Position numbers and translations under genes: made by a program
The notes under the pieces: model-generated
Seen by the model: the letters and a program-made list of their open reading frames with translations, nothing else
What the model was told of the DNA's origin: nothing
Database searches by the model: none
Shown: piece after piece, positions 19,805-30,080 of the stretch
Position numbering within the stretch: the first letter of the stretch is position 1
How the letters are laid out: every line of letters starts with the position of its first letter
IMG/VR virus record: IMGVR_UViG_3300037606_000123
Location: 1 to 64,000 of that record
Source of the DNA: a virus
Reading direction: 5' to 3' (one strand)
Length of the DNA: 64,000 nt

Positions 19805-22663
19805 TTAAAATATAGTTTTAAATATAACTGCAATTATTGTCATAAATAATATACTGTTCGTATTTGTATCATTAGTTATATTTTTGTAACTATATGATAT
19901 ATAAACAGATTTTAATATATTCATTAATAATAAAGCTAATTGTTCAGATACTTTTAATTTTAATGATAAGTTACTAACATTATCTATATCATCTACACCA
20001 GCATTAAAATTAGAATCTAATAATTCTTGTGTTATTTCAGTATATGAAATTGATCCAATTTTATTTTTAAATTCTTCTTTTAAATCTGTTGTTAATAATG
20101 CAAAGTATGATTTGAATTTATCTTTATTTTGGTCAATAAATTCTGACATATTAAAAATGATTTCTGTATTTTCAGTACCTAAATCTAAATCAAAGTTATT
20201 AATAACTTCTTGTAACATTGTTGTATATTTTGCAGTGGCTAAAATATTTTCTTTTAACATTTTAGTATATGATTCATATGTTTTTAATTTTGCTGAATAT
20301 TCAGCATCATTTTTAATATATGTTTTATAAATCATTTCCATATCTTTATGGAAATCACCAGTTAATAAATTATGGTATGAAAATTTTAAAAAACTATCGC
20401 TTTCAATCATACGTTTTACTGCATCAATATTATAATCTGGTTTAACATACACTTTATCATTGTCTTCAATATTAAAAACATTATATTTAGGATTAGCATC
20501 ATTTACTAATGGCATAATTTGTTTATAGTCATTAGGATTTAACGTTGATAAAGTTATCGTAGTTTCATTAATAATAACATTACTAACTTTTTGTATATTA
20601 TCATTTCCACCCGAACCAATATTAAATTCTCTACCTTTTTTATAATATGTATTAATATCATCATCTGATAAATTTGCAGACATATTTGTGTTTACAACAT
20701 CACCATTTTCAAATTCAACTGTAACATCTCTTAATGATTCATTAATAATAATATCTAATGCTTTTGCTGCATCTTTATAAGTATATTTATTAACAGCATC
20801 ACCTAAAATTGTTTTATCACCTAATACTAAATCTGTATCGTCAAAATACAAAGGACTTTTATTAGACATCAAGGGTTTAAACAAATCAGCAATAGACATA
20901 GATTTATCAGGACTAGCAAAACCATTTGGCATACGACCACCATAAGTTTTTTTAATTATATCTATTTCGTTTAAACTTAAATATATACCATTGTTATCAA
21001 TCTTTTCATCTTTAAGAAAAGCAAGTACAATATTTGCAAGCTTTACATCTAAATTTACTGACTCGTTAATATTTTTAAATTCAATTGTAACATCTCTTAA
21101 TGATTCATTTGTTGCATTCCAATCGTTATCGATTTCTTGCCATTGTACATTTGTTAATTTTGCTGGAGAATCAACATTAAATTCTTTTAATTTATTCAAA
21201 AAATATTCTTTATATTTATTTTCTGTTGTTGAAACCCAATTATTATCAATTTCTTCCCATTGTTCTGGTGTCATTTCTGAAATATCTTTAATACCAAATT
21301 CTTGTGTTTTATTTAAAAAGTATTTATCATAATCCATTTTTTTACTTTCTTTTAAATATGGTTCTTCTTCTAGCATTAATTCTTCTTCTGTTTCATTTTC
21401 AAAATCAATACCCATACCAACTAAATAACCCATAATTTTATCAACCATGTCTAAAGTCCCACCATTATTAATTATTTCTAATTCTAAATCTGTTACTTTA
21501 TAATTCAATATATCTTTGATTTTATTGTATAAATCATTTGCAATATCTTCTTCAATATTGATTGTTCCCATTGATTCGTTCGTGTTAGATATTTCTGTTT
21601 TTAATATGTTTTTAAATTTATCAAAATTAACAATTTCTTCATTTTTAATACCAGCAATAATATCAACTAATTCTTCAGCTAATTTATGAAAATTAACATC
21701 AACTAATGATTTTTTTAATTCTTTTAATATTTCAATATCAGTATTTTTATCAATAGTTAATGCATATTGAAGCATATCATTATAATTAAAAACATTTGAC
21801 CAGCTATCACCTGGTTTAAAAGTTTTTTTGTGGATTGATTCTAATGTAACATCTTGTATAATTTCTTCTTTTGATAAATACATAGATAAATAATCAGTAA
21901 CTTCATCTCTATTATATTCTTCTGGTAATGAATTTACAAATTCATTTATATTTTCTTTAATTGTTGGATCTTCTTCTGGTTTGTAACCTTTTGTAAATTT
22001 AAAATACATGTTATCTAAATTATCGTAATAGCTATTTTCTAATGTTGGTTCATTCATATCTGTTATTGTTTTATTTTCTGCTAATTCTAGTTCAGGTATT
22101 TCACTTAATAATACAATTGTATTATATCCAGTATTATCTTTTTTTAATATTTCTTTATTATCAAATAAATTATTTAACTCTTTGTATGTAATTTCCATAT
22201 TTTCATTATCTTCAAATGTTAAATTAACAGAATGATTATTAAAATCAACATGTGTTATTTTACAATTAACTAATTCATTATTTAATAATTCTTTTTGAAT
22301 AAATTTATTTACTAATTTATTTGTTATAAATTCTTCTATATTTTCAAGATCATCATCAGCATAATTATTTTCTAAAATAATTTTGTTTTCTAAAATAAAT
22401 CCTAACTCTTTTGCTTTATTATAAAAATCTTGTGCAATTTCAACATAACCTAAATCATTTAAAACCGTACCTCTAATTTGTGCTTGTATTGCATTTTTTG
22501 TTTTTAATAAAATTTTATCAAATTCAATTATTAATTTATCATCTTTTTCAGATACAATAACATTAGAATTTTTATCTAATATTTTATTAAAAAATTCTAA
22601 TTCTTTATTATACTTATTTTTATATTTAAATGGATTTTTTGTTAATTCTTTTACTTTATCCAT
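19805..22663 (-). CDS. Large acidic multi-module protein, probable head internal/scaffold protein
   Basis: 952 aa; repeated xNES/xKES linkers, duplicated YFLNK..EF..QW.EIDN.W and NESLRDVTxEF modules. Confidence 0.6.
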   Translation of the reverse strand: MDKVKELTKNPFKYKNKYNKELEFFNKILDKNSNVIVSEKDDKLIIEFDKILLKTKNAIQAQIRGTVLNDLGYVEIAQDFYNKAKELGFILENKIILENNYADDDLENIEEFITNKLVNKFIQKELLNNELVNCKITHVDFNNHSVNLTFEDNENMEITYKELNNLFDNKEILKKDNTGYNTIVLLSEIPELELAENKTITDMNEPTLENSYYDNLDNMYFKFTKGYKPEEDPTIKENINEFVNSLPEEYNRDEVTDYLSMYLSKEEIIQDVTLESIHKKTFKPGDSWSNVFNYNDMLQYALTIDKNTDIEILKELKKSLVDVNFHKLAEELVDIIAGIKNEEIVNFDKFKNILKTEISNTNESMGTINIEEDIANDLYNKIKDILNYKVTDLELEIINNGGTLDMVDKIMGYLVGMGIDFENETEEELMLEEEPYLKESKKMDYDKYFLNKTQEFGIKDISEMTPEQWEEIDNNWVSTTENKYKEYFLNKLKEFNVDSPAKLTNVQWQEIDNDWNATNESLRDVTIEFKNINESVNLDVKLANIVLAFLKDEKIDNNGIYLSLNEIDIIKKTYGGRMPNGFASPDKSMSIADLFKPLMSNKSPLYFDDTDLVLGDKTILGDAVNKYTYKDAAKALDIIINESLRDVTVEFENGDVVNTNMSANLSDDDINTYYKKGREFNIGSGGNDNIQKVSNVIINETTITLSTLNPNDYKQIMPLVNDANPKYNVFNIEDNDKVYVKPDYNIDAVKRMIESDSFLKFSYHNLLTGDFHKDMEMIYKTYIKNDAEYSAKLKTYESYTKMLKENILATAKYTTMLQEVINNFDLDLGTENTEIIFNMSEFIDQNKDKFKSYFALLTTDLKEEFKNKIGSISYTEITQELLDSNFNAGVDDIDNVSNLSLKLKVSEQLALLLMNILKSVYISYSYKNITNDTNTNSILFMTIIAVIFKTIF

Positions 22664-22696
22664 AATTACAATTCATGTTTTTTTTTATTATATATT

Positions 22697-22727
22697 AAAA
22701 AAGTCTGATCAAATGATCAGACTTTTT
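22697..22727. terminator. Intrinsic terminator
   Basis: AAAAAGTCTGATC/GATCAGACTTTTT. Confidence 0.75.
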
Positions 22728-22750
22728 ATAACATTTAATATTTTAATATT

Positions 22751-23368
22751 TTAATTACTATTATTTAAAATATTTTTAAAGTTTAGTTGTGTATTTTTAA
22801 TAATTTTAATTCTACCGTGATGTAGTCTATTTTTTACTGTTTGTAATTTTACACCTAATATTTGTGAAATTTCATCATAAGATTTTCCTTGAATATCACA
22901 CAATTCAATATATTGTTTATATTTAAAATCTAATTTAGATATTTCTTTTAATGTAATATTATATTTTTCATTTGTAATATTATCAAATGAAATATCATTT
23001 TCAATATTATTATCTATTTTTGAATTTAAATAATATTGAAAAGCATTAAAAGCATTATCATCACTTGATTCACATGATGTATCTACTAATATTTCTTTTT
23101 TACTATCTATTTTGTGTTGTAGTGCTAAGTTTTTAGCAATAGAAAATAACCATGTACTATAATGATTTTTTTGATTAAATTGTTCTATTTTTTCTAATGA
23201 TTGCATGAATGCTTGACTAGCTATTCCTTCTGCATCTAATTGTGTTATATTATACTTTTGGATATACCATATTAATTTTGTATAATATTTTGTGTAAAAT
23301 TTGTTGAATGTGTGTCCTGTTTTTTCTTCAAATAATTTTTCATAAGCATTTGTTCTTCTTAATTCCAT
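22751..23368 (-). CDS. ECF-type (group 4) sigma-70 factor
   Basis: Sigma2 (DAEGIASQAF..YSTWLFSIAKN) and sigma4 HTH (GKSYDEISQILGVKLQTVKNRLHHGR), short linker. Confidence 0.9.
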   Translation of the reverse strand: MELRRTNAYEKLFEEKTGHTFNKFYTKYYTKLIWYIQKYNITQLDAEGIASQAFMQSLEKIEQFNQKNHYSTWLFSIAKNLALQHKIDSKKEILVDTSCESSDDNAFNAFQYYLNSKIDNNIENDISFDNITNEKYNITLKEISKLDFKYKQYIELCDIQGKSYDEISQILGVKLQTVKNRLHHGRIKIIKNTQLNFKNILNNSN

Positions 23369-23540
23369 TTTAATTTCCTAATTCTTTTTATTTCTTGTTA
23401 TGCCTTAAATGTTATAATAGTATATATTAAATACCACGTCTTCTATTTGAGCTATACATTATAATAAACAAAATATTCAAAAAAAGTTTCAAATAATAAA
23501 AAATAAAGTTTAAAATATTTTATAATTTAAATTATTTTTA

Positions 23541-23569
23541 TTATATATCACATGTGTCCACTTTATTTT
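23541..23569. promoter_or_regulatory. Conserved 29-bp element, copy 1
   Basis: TTATATATCACATGTGTCCACTTTATTTT; 28/29 identical to 58971..58999. Confidence 0.7.
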
Positions 23570-23658
23570 TTATGAAAATTAAACTAATAAAATTATAACC
23601 ATATAAGAAAACTTTTTTATTAGTTTAAACAATTTTTTAAATAATTTATATAATATAC

Positions 23659-24858
23659 ATGAGTGATGCATTAGATATAAATTATATTAAAAACACAATA
23701 TCAACGATATTAAGTAAAGTACATACACATCCAACAAAATTAAAAATTAATGATCGTAAACATGATAGATTAAGTTTTGCTTGTCCTATATGTGGAGATA
23801 GTCATAAAGATCCAAACCAAAAGAGGGGACATTTATTTTATAATAATTTATATTATAAATGTTATAATGAAAATTGTCATTCAACATTTACAAAATTGTG
23901 TAAAGATTTTGATGTGCGTATAGATCCAAGTAAAAAAATGGAATTGATAAAATATATCGATTTAAATTTTCAACGTATAAAGAAAAATGACGATGATTGG
24001 ATCATTGGTAATTTAACAAAATTAATAAATTTTGATGATTTACAAGAATGGTTTAATTGTGGTAAAGGGCCATTAAAAGGATTTAAACCGGTTGAGTTTG
24101 GTTCTACTGTTTATATGTATTTATTAAATCGTGGAATACCAAAAGATTTTATTTCTGAATTATTTTATGAAGGTATAAAAACAAATGGTAAATGGTCCGA
24201 ACCATTTGTTGTTTTTATTAATAAAATTAATGATAAAGTTATAGGAATGCAAGAACGTAACTTAAGAAATGGATATGAAAGAAAATTTAAAATATGGACA
24301 TTTAAAGATTTATATGAAAATGTATACGATGATGAAATGGATCTTATTGAATCTATTTCATATAATAAATTAAGTTATCTATTCAATATTTTAAATATAA
24401 ATTTTGAAAAACAAATAACAATATTTGAAGGATATATAGATTCAATATTTATTCCTAATAGTATAGGTGCTGTAGGTATAAATACAGATTATTCATTTTT
24501 AACAAATAATGATTTAGATATTCGTTTTCTTTTTGATAATGATAATATAGGTAAAAGAAAGAGTGCAGAGTATCTTAAGAAAGGTTTTAATGTGTTTTTA
24601 TGGGAAAAACTAATAAACGACTTAGCTAAAAAAGATATTGACCCACACGCGTTTAAAAAACGTTTTAATTCAACGATAAAAGATTTAAATAAATTAATGC
24701 AAGTATTCAATATACATTATACAGAATTAGATAAATATTTCAGTGATAATGTATTTGATATGTTATATATTAACTATGAGAAAAAATATATTAAACAAAT
24801 ACAAGAAAAAAAAATACATAACATTAATTGGCAAGAAAAAATAAGTAATATAAAATAA
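23659..24858 (+). CDS. DNA primase (T4 gp61-like)
   Basis: Zn finger FACPICGDS..YKCYNENCH; TOPRIM FEGYIDS and FDNDNIG. Confidence 0.9.
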   Translation: MSDALDINYIKNTISTILSKVHTHPTKLKINDRKHDRLSFACPICGDSHKDPNQKRGHLFYNNLYYKCYNENCHSTFTKLCKDFDVRIDPSKKMELIKYIDLNFQRIKKNDDDWIIGNLTKLINFDDLQEWFNCGKGPLKGFKPVEFGSTVYMYLLNRGIPKDFISELFYEGIKTNGKWSEPFVVFINKINDKVIGMQERNLRNGYERKFKIWTFKDLYENVYDDEMDLIESISYNKLSYLFNILNINFEKQITIFEGYIDSIFIPNSIGAVGINTDYSFLTNNDLDIRFLFDNDNIGKRKSAEYLKKGFNVFLWEKLINDLAKKDIDPHAFKKRFNSTIKDLNKLMQVFNIHYTELDKYFSDNVFDMLYINYEKKYIKQIQEKKIHNINWQEKISNIK

Positions 24859-25394
24859 TGCAAGAAATAGAAAATAATGAACAACATGTTATAAAATATA
24901 ATGTAAATTTATTACAATGGTATTTTAAAAAAAATAAAAAAGTATTAGAAGAAAAAGAAAAAGAATATATTTTTTCTTTAATGAGTTATTCTTTTTTAGA
25001 AGATCACTATTGTTTTATGCGAATATTATTATATATTGCTAATACTCGAAAAACTGATGAACAAGAAATAACTTATAAAATAATAATTCATTTTTTATGT
25101 ATCATGTTTCCGGATATTGTTATGGCCAATATAGATATGTTTTTAAATTTAGGTAAAAAAGATGATGTAATTTATTTTTTACAATGTAGTAATATGTCAG
25201 CAATGATTTTAAAATATGTTAATCATAAAGCTAAACAAGATGATGATTTTAAAATATTATTAACCGGTGAATTAATTAAAAAAAATCAATCGGTATTTAT
25301 TAAATATAAACCAAAATTTAAATCGAAATTAGTATGGACAGTTTTTTTAAATCAATTATTAGATGATCCAATATTAAATGGTATTACATTATGA
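24858..25394 (+). CDS. Hypothetical protein
   Basis: 178 aa, translationally coupled to primase. Confidence 0.7.
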   Translation: MQEIENNEQHVIKYNVNLLQWYFKKNKKVLEEKEKEYIFSLMSYSFLEDHYCFMRILLYIANTRKTDEQEITYKIIIHFLCIMFPDIVMANIDMFLNLGKKDDVIYFLQCSNMSAMILKYVNHKAKQDDDFKILLTGELIKKNQSVFIKYKPKFKSKLVWTVFLNQLLDDPILNGITL

Positions 25395-26021
25395 TAAATC
25401 AATTGTTGTTGTAACATGCATACCAACTCTAACTAATGTTCCTACACCAGATGTCTGAATGTTTAAACATTGTAACCGATAAAAACCACCAACTAATGAT
25501 ATAGTGAAAGATCCACTTGTAACTATATCTATGTTTGGATCATTATGTTCATAAATTATACTTTGTCCAATTATTGCACCATTATTTGAAGCTAAAACTA
25601 AACGATATTCACCATATGACATTTTATTAATTGCTGCTCCTGTTGTACCACGAGCATATACACGTATATTTAACATTATTGGTCTATGTCCAGTAGCATA
25701 AGATATGTTTTCAATAACATCACAAAATAATGATGTTGATACATTATTTGATATAACTACTGAATTTGTTACTACATTTCTAAGATGTAATTCATTATAT
25801 ATACCAGGTTTTACTGCATTAATAGATGCATTAATAGATGTAAATGATGCGGTTGCTAATGCAATAACATGATTTGAAATATATGTTTTAAAGTTTAAAC
25901 CAGATTTAAATACAGTATTATAAACACCAGGACTAATATATTTATCTACAGGTATTAAATCTATATCTGTAATGTTTATACCAGTATCTGATGTTAATTG
26001 ATGTATTCTTACATTTGCCAT
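25389..26021 (-). CDS. Probable tail/virion structural protein
   Basis: MANVRIHQL N-terminus typical of fibre-anchor modules; beta-rich C-terminus. Confidence 0.55.
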   Translation of the reverse strand: MANVRIHQLTSDTGINITDIDLIPVDKYISPGVYNTVFKSGLNFKTYISNHVIALATASFTSINASINAVKPGIYNELHLRNVVTNSVVISNNVSTSLFCDVIENISYATGHRPIMLNIRVYARGTTGAAINKMSYGEYRLVLASNNGAIIGQSIIYEHNDPNIDIVTSGSFTISLVGGFYRLQCLNIQTSGVGTLVRVGMHVTTTIDLS

Positions 26022-26044
26022 AAATTATATATTATTTTTTTTTA

Positions 26045-29023
26045 TTAAATATAAACAATATTATCACCATTATTATTTATTAATGAATCATTACTATCAT
26101 TAATAATATTAAAAGTTTCATTACTTGAAATGAATGTATGTTGTATTGTATGTTTAGTACGTTCACCATTTTTAAATGTACTTTTTAAAAATTGATTTTC
26201 AGACATATTATTTAAACCATCATCAATATAAAACCAAGTAATCCAAAATTCAACATGTATTTGTACTTTATTTGTTGGTGTAATATTAAATTCAACATTT
26301 TGAGAATTAATATTTTTAATAGTGAAATCTTGTGGGTACTGTGAAACAAGTGGATATAAATTCCAACAATATTCTTTACCATTAGTGTATGTTAAAAATG
26401 GTGGACAATAATTACAATAATTTACAGTTGTTGCTAATGGTACATTAAACAAATCCGTTTCAAATATTTTAACTTGTTCAACCTCTATAAAACATGCTGA
26501 AACAGTTTTAACTACTCCATTAGACTCATAGATTCCTAATTGTCTCAAATTTAAATATTTAAGTCCATTAGGAATTGCTGTAGGCGTTACAATATCATGA
26601 TAAATATTATCTACAATTGGTCCAGATGAAGGAATTATTTTTAAAAAAACTTTTAAAAGTGGATCATTCATTGTTGAATCTGGAAATTTATCTGATTTTT
26701 TATGAATATAATGTAAATGTAATGTAATATCTCGTCTTGTACTTATTTCTGTTGGATAAATATAATTATTATTACCTATAACTCTTGCATCATCAACATT
26801 AACTATTTGACCAATATTAGATGGTGGTAATGCAACTCCGGGAAAATTTACATTAGTATTAATATTTACATTACCAAATCTATTACGAATTGCATTGTCT
26901 TCTGTAAATGAAGACAATGCAATTAGTTTATCTGCAAATAATACACGTTGCTTTATATGATTTAAATTCCAAACACCAGAAAATGTCATTGGACCATTAT
27001 CTAAAATAACAGATTTAATATTACGTATTGTACTATTATATAACTGTATTGTGCCTTCAATAATTGGTGCTTGATATGCTAATTTGTAAATTGGAGCATC
27101 TACAGTAACTGTATCTACTTGTACTCTATGTTGTGACGTATAATATGAAATTTCATTACCAGTAATTGCTTCTGTTTTATTTAATTCTAAACTATAATCA
27201 GATATATTTAATGGTGTCGAACCAAATAAACCAGTTTTCCATGGTGTTTTTCTATCACTTAAATATGATAATGTATTTATATTCGTACCAGTAACAGTAT
27301 CACCATAAAATTGAATATTAACATTATTCCATATAACACCAGGATCAATTTTTGCACCGTCACCTAATCTAACATTATTTAAATATATAGTAGTATCAAT
27401 ATTTGTAGGAATAACAACAGTATTTGTAATAACAGAATCATATATAATTCCAGATATTATTTCACTATTATTTATATAACCTTTTAAATTATTATTTGTA
27501 TTATTTAAAAAACAGTAATTCATAATAGGAACCGTTGGTCCTGTAACATATTGTTTATTATTTTCATTAATATAAATATTATTACCAATAGATGAACCAT
27601 TAAATTGTGTTGTATCATTAAATATAATACCACTTAAACTTCCTTCTGTTACATTATTATTAATATTAAAATAAATATCATTAGTTAATGATATAAAATT
27701 TCCTACAATTGTACTATTATTTATAGTTAATTTATCTAAACTTAAATTAATAAAACCAATTTTAACATTTGTAATATTATAATCACTTAATGTTGTTGTT
27801 ATTAATGTAGGCCAAATTGGTATTAACGATGCACATTGTATTTGTATATTTGCACTATTAATATCACCAAATGTATATGATGTATTTATAATTGTTCCAG
27901 TTAAATTTGTATTTAAATCATTGAATGTATCATTTATAGTTTCAATACCTGAAATATAAACATTACTACCGTTTTCCCATTTTTTATTTGCTAATACATT
28001 ATAATTAACATTGAATGAGATTAAACCTGGTGTATTAGTATAAATTATATCATTAAGATTTAATGGAATTAATGTATCATAAAGTGCATTATTAACAGTT
28101 GTTAATCCTGAACCTGTATTTGTAACATAATGCATTACACCAGATAATAGTGTTATATCTTTAGTCGATGTACCATTTCCAATTATTGGTTCTAAACTAC
28201 CAATTCTTGCTTTATTTATAATAACAACAGTATTTAATTTTATACGTTCATTATATGGATTATCAAAATCACCATTATTAATAATTAAATTATTAGCATG
28301 ATTAAATCTTTCATATTGAGAATAACCCCAACCATTATTATTATTTGTTGTTGGTACAACAATTAAAGTAAATGGGTTATTTATAGATATTGTAGTATCT
28401 TCAATAACTTTAATTTTTTTTGTAATTGGATTAGATACATCAGTTTTAGAATTTATAATACCTTTACCAATATACACATTTTTAGAAACAATATGATTTA
28501 TTATAATATGATTTATGTTTGCTGATCCTAATAAAGTATTTAAAATAATGGTATTTGTATCTGTTCCAAAAACCCCATTATTTATAGTTCCTTTTTTAAA
28601 ATTACCATTTAAAAAACATGTTCTAGATACATAAATATTTTTATATAAATTGTCACTTGAATATGTATTATATGCTAAATTTATTAAATTTTGTGGATTA
28701 CCGAATCTATTATTTGTATTACCGTATGGATATATTAAAGTTGGATTTGTTATTGGATAATTAATAACAAATGAATTATTTGTATAATTAACCGAAATAA
28801 TTTTATATCCATTACTATTTGATTTAAATGGATTAAATGTGTTTGGTGTTAATGATGAAAAATCAGATATAAATAATAAATTATTAACATTATCATAATG
28901 ACCACCGATAATAAATATTTTATCACCGACAATAAATGAATGATCTAATTCAGTATATAATTCTAAATTATTACTATTATTTTTAGCATAATTTAATAAT
29001 TTTAATGATTTATCAAATCCCAC
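26045..29023 (-). CDS. Large virion structural protein
   Basis: 992 aa, GTG start, Asn/Ile/Thr-rich beta-helix-like tracts. Confidence 0.6.
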   Translation of the reverse strand: MGFDKSLKLLNYAKNNSNNLELYTELDHSFIVGDKIFIIGGHYDNVNNLLFISDFSSLTPNTFNPFKSNSNGYKIISVNYTNNSFVINYPITNPTLIYPYGNTNNRFGNPQNLINLAYNTYSSDNLYKNIYVSRTCFLNGNFKKGTINNGVFGTDTNTIILNTLLGSANINHIIINHIVSKNVYIGKGIINSKTDVSNPITKKIKVIEDTTISINNPFTLIVVPTTNNNNGWGYSQYERFNHANNLIINNGDFDNPYNERIKLNTVVIINKARIGSLEPIIGNGTSTKDITLLSGVMHYVTNTGSGLTTVNNALYDTLIPLNLNDIIYTNTPGLISFNVNYNVLANKKWENGSNVYISGIETINDTFNDLNTNLTGTIINTSYTFGDINSANIQIQCASLIPIWPTLITTTLSDYNITNVKIGFINLSLDKLTINNSTIVGNFISLTNDIYFNINNNVTEGSLSGIIFNDTTQFNGSSIGNNIYINENNKQYVTGPTVPIMNYCFLNNTNNNLKGYINNSEIISGIIYDSVITNTVVIPTNIDTTIYLNNVRLGDGAKIDPGVIWNNVNIQFYGDTVTGTNINTLSYLSDRKTPWKTGLFGSTPLNISDYSLELNKTEAITGNEISYYTSQHRVQVDTVTVDAPIYKLAYQAPIIEGTIQLYNSTIRNIKSVILDNGPMTFSGVWNLNHIKQRVLFADKLIALSSFTEDNAIRNRFGNVNINTNVNFPGVALPPSNIGQIVNVDDARVIGNNNYIYPTEISTRRDITLHLHYIHKKSDKFPDSTMNDPLLKVFLKIIPSSGPIVDNIYHDIVTPTAIPNGLKYLNLRQLGIYESNGVVKTVSACFIEVEQVKIFETDLFNVPLATTVNYCNYCPPFLTYTNGKEYCWNLYPLVSQYPQDFTIKNINSQNVEFNITPTNKVQIHVEFWITWFYIDDGLNNMSENQFLKSTFKNGERTKHTIQHTFISSNETFNIINDSNDSLINNNGDNIVYI

Positions 29024-29082
29024 AATAACGTTATATATTTTTAATTATATATTGAATATTGTAATTCATTAAAAAAAATATG

Positions 29083-29167
29083 TACCGCTAGTAGGAATCG
29101 AACCTACAATTGAGTTTCCTCAAACTGGATATGAGCCAGTCACTATTACCAATCTGATCATAGCGGC
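29083..29167 (-). tRNA. Non-canonical tRNA: CAU anticodon on a type II (long variable arm, Leu-like) body
   Basis: GCCGCTA/TAGCGGT acceptor, A73; ACTGG-CTCATAT-CCAGT; V-arm TTGAG-GAAA-CTCAA; GTAGG-TTCGATT-CCTAC; weak D-stem. Confidence 0.85.
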
Positions 29168-29349
29168 ATTTCTTCAAATTCTATATCATCAATAGTATTA
29201 CAAAACATATAGAATTCTACATCTTGTAATACATGTTCTGTATGAATAAATTTCATATATTTTTGTACTATATTAATATCAGCAAATTGATCTTTTCTAA
29301 TACGTCTTTTTAAATAATATAATTTATTATTATTTTGAACTATTTCCAT
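29158..29349 (-). CDS. Small hypothetical protein
   Basis: 63 aa; last codons overlap the 5' end of the CAU tRNA. Confidence 0.55.
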   Translation of the reverse strand: MEIVQNNNKLYYLKRRIRKDQFADINIVQKYMKFIHTEHVLQDVEFYMFCNTIDDIEFEEMPL

Positions 29350-29756
29350 AAATTTATTATATTTTTAATTTCATTTATATTTTCAACTGTTAATCCTATA
29401 TATGATTTTTTAATCGGTACAACATTTAAAACATATGGTATAATATCACGAACATTATCATCAATCACAATATAATTATCAATACAATTATTAGATAACC
29501 ATATAGCAATTTCTTCACCACGTTCAATTCCTAATACATCAGTATAATCTAATATTTCAACATCAATACCATGACCGTAAAATATATTTTGTAATTCATG
29601 TAATTTATAATGTATTCTCCATGTTGATGTTATAACCGGTTGTAAATTAAATTCATTACATATATCAGAATACATTTTACAACATTTTTTATTCCATTTT
29701 TTTGGATTGTTTATTTGTAAAACACCATCAATATCTGTAAATATTATATTTTTCAT
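29340..29756 (-). CDS. HAD-superfamily phosphatase (HAD_SAK_2-like, RNA-repair associated)
   Basis: Start MKNIIFTDIDGVL (DxD); VITSTWR, RGEEI, YIVIDD. The ORF-track 5' extension is tRNA-Cys. Confidence 0.8.
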   Translation of the reverse strand: MKNIIFTDIDGVLQINNPKKWNKKCCKMYSDICNEFNLQPVITSTWRIHYKLHELQNIFYGHGIDVEILDYTDVLGIERGEEIAIWLSNNCIDNYIVIDDNVRDIIPYVLNVVPIKKSYIGLTVENINEIKNIINLWK

Positions 29757-29760
29757 TTTG

Positions 29761-29831
29761 AGTTGGAAATCGGGATCGAACCAATATAACTGGTTTTGCA
29801 AACCAGCGCCTAACCATTCGGCCATTCCAAC
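29761..29831 (-). tRNA. tRNA-Cys(GCA)
   Basis: GTTGGAA/TTCCAAC, U73, CTGGT-TTGCAAA-ACCAG, TTCGATC T-loop. Confidence 0.95.
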
Positions 29832-30007
29832 ATTTTATAATAACGTCGTAACCTAAATATCATTGACGTTCATTACACTGCACAAATCGTTTAACATTTA
29901 TTAATATGCCGAAACAGGGAAAAGTTACTAATTGAACTAAGTTTATATATCTATCAATACTGAATTGTACACTTCAATAAATCAGTGTATATAACTAGTT
30001 CAAAATG

Positions 30008-30080
30008 AGCCTGATACCGGGATCGAACCGATGACAACCGCTTTACAAAAGCGGTGCTCTACCAACTGAGCTAATCAGGC
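30008..30080 (-). tRNA. tRNA-Thr(UGU)
   Basis: GCCTGAT/ATCAGGC, GCTC/GAGC D-stem, CCGCT-TTTGTAA-AGCGG. Confidence 0.95.

Noticed and set aside
29757-29825. N-terminal extension MAEWLGAGLQ... of the HAD gene
   Set aside because: It is the tRNA-Cys sequence read in frame.
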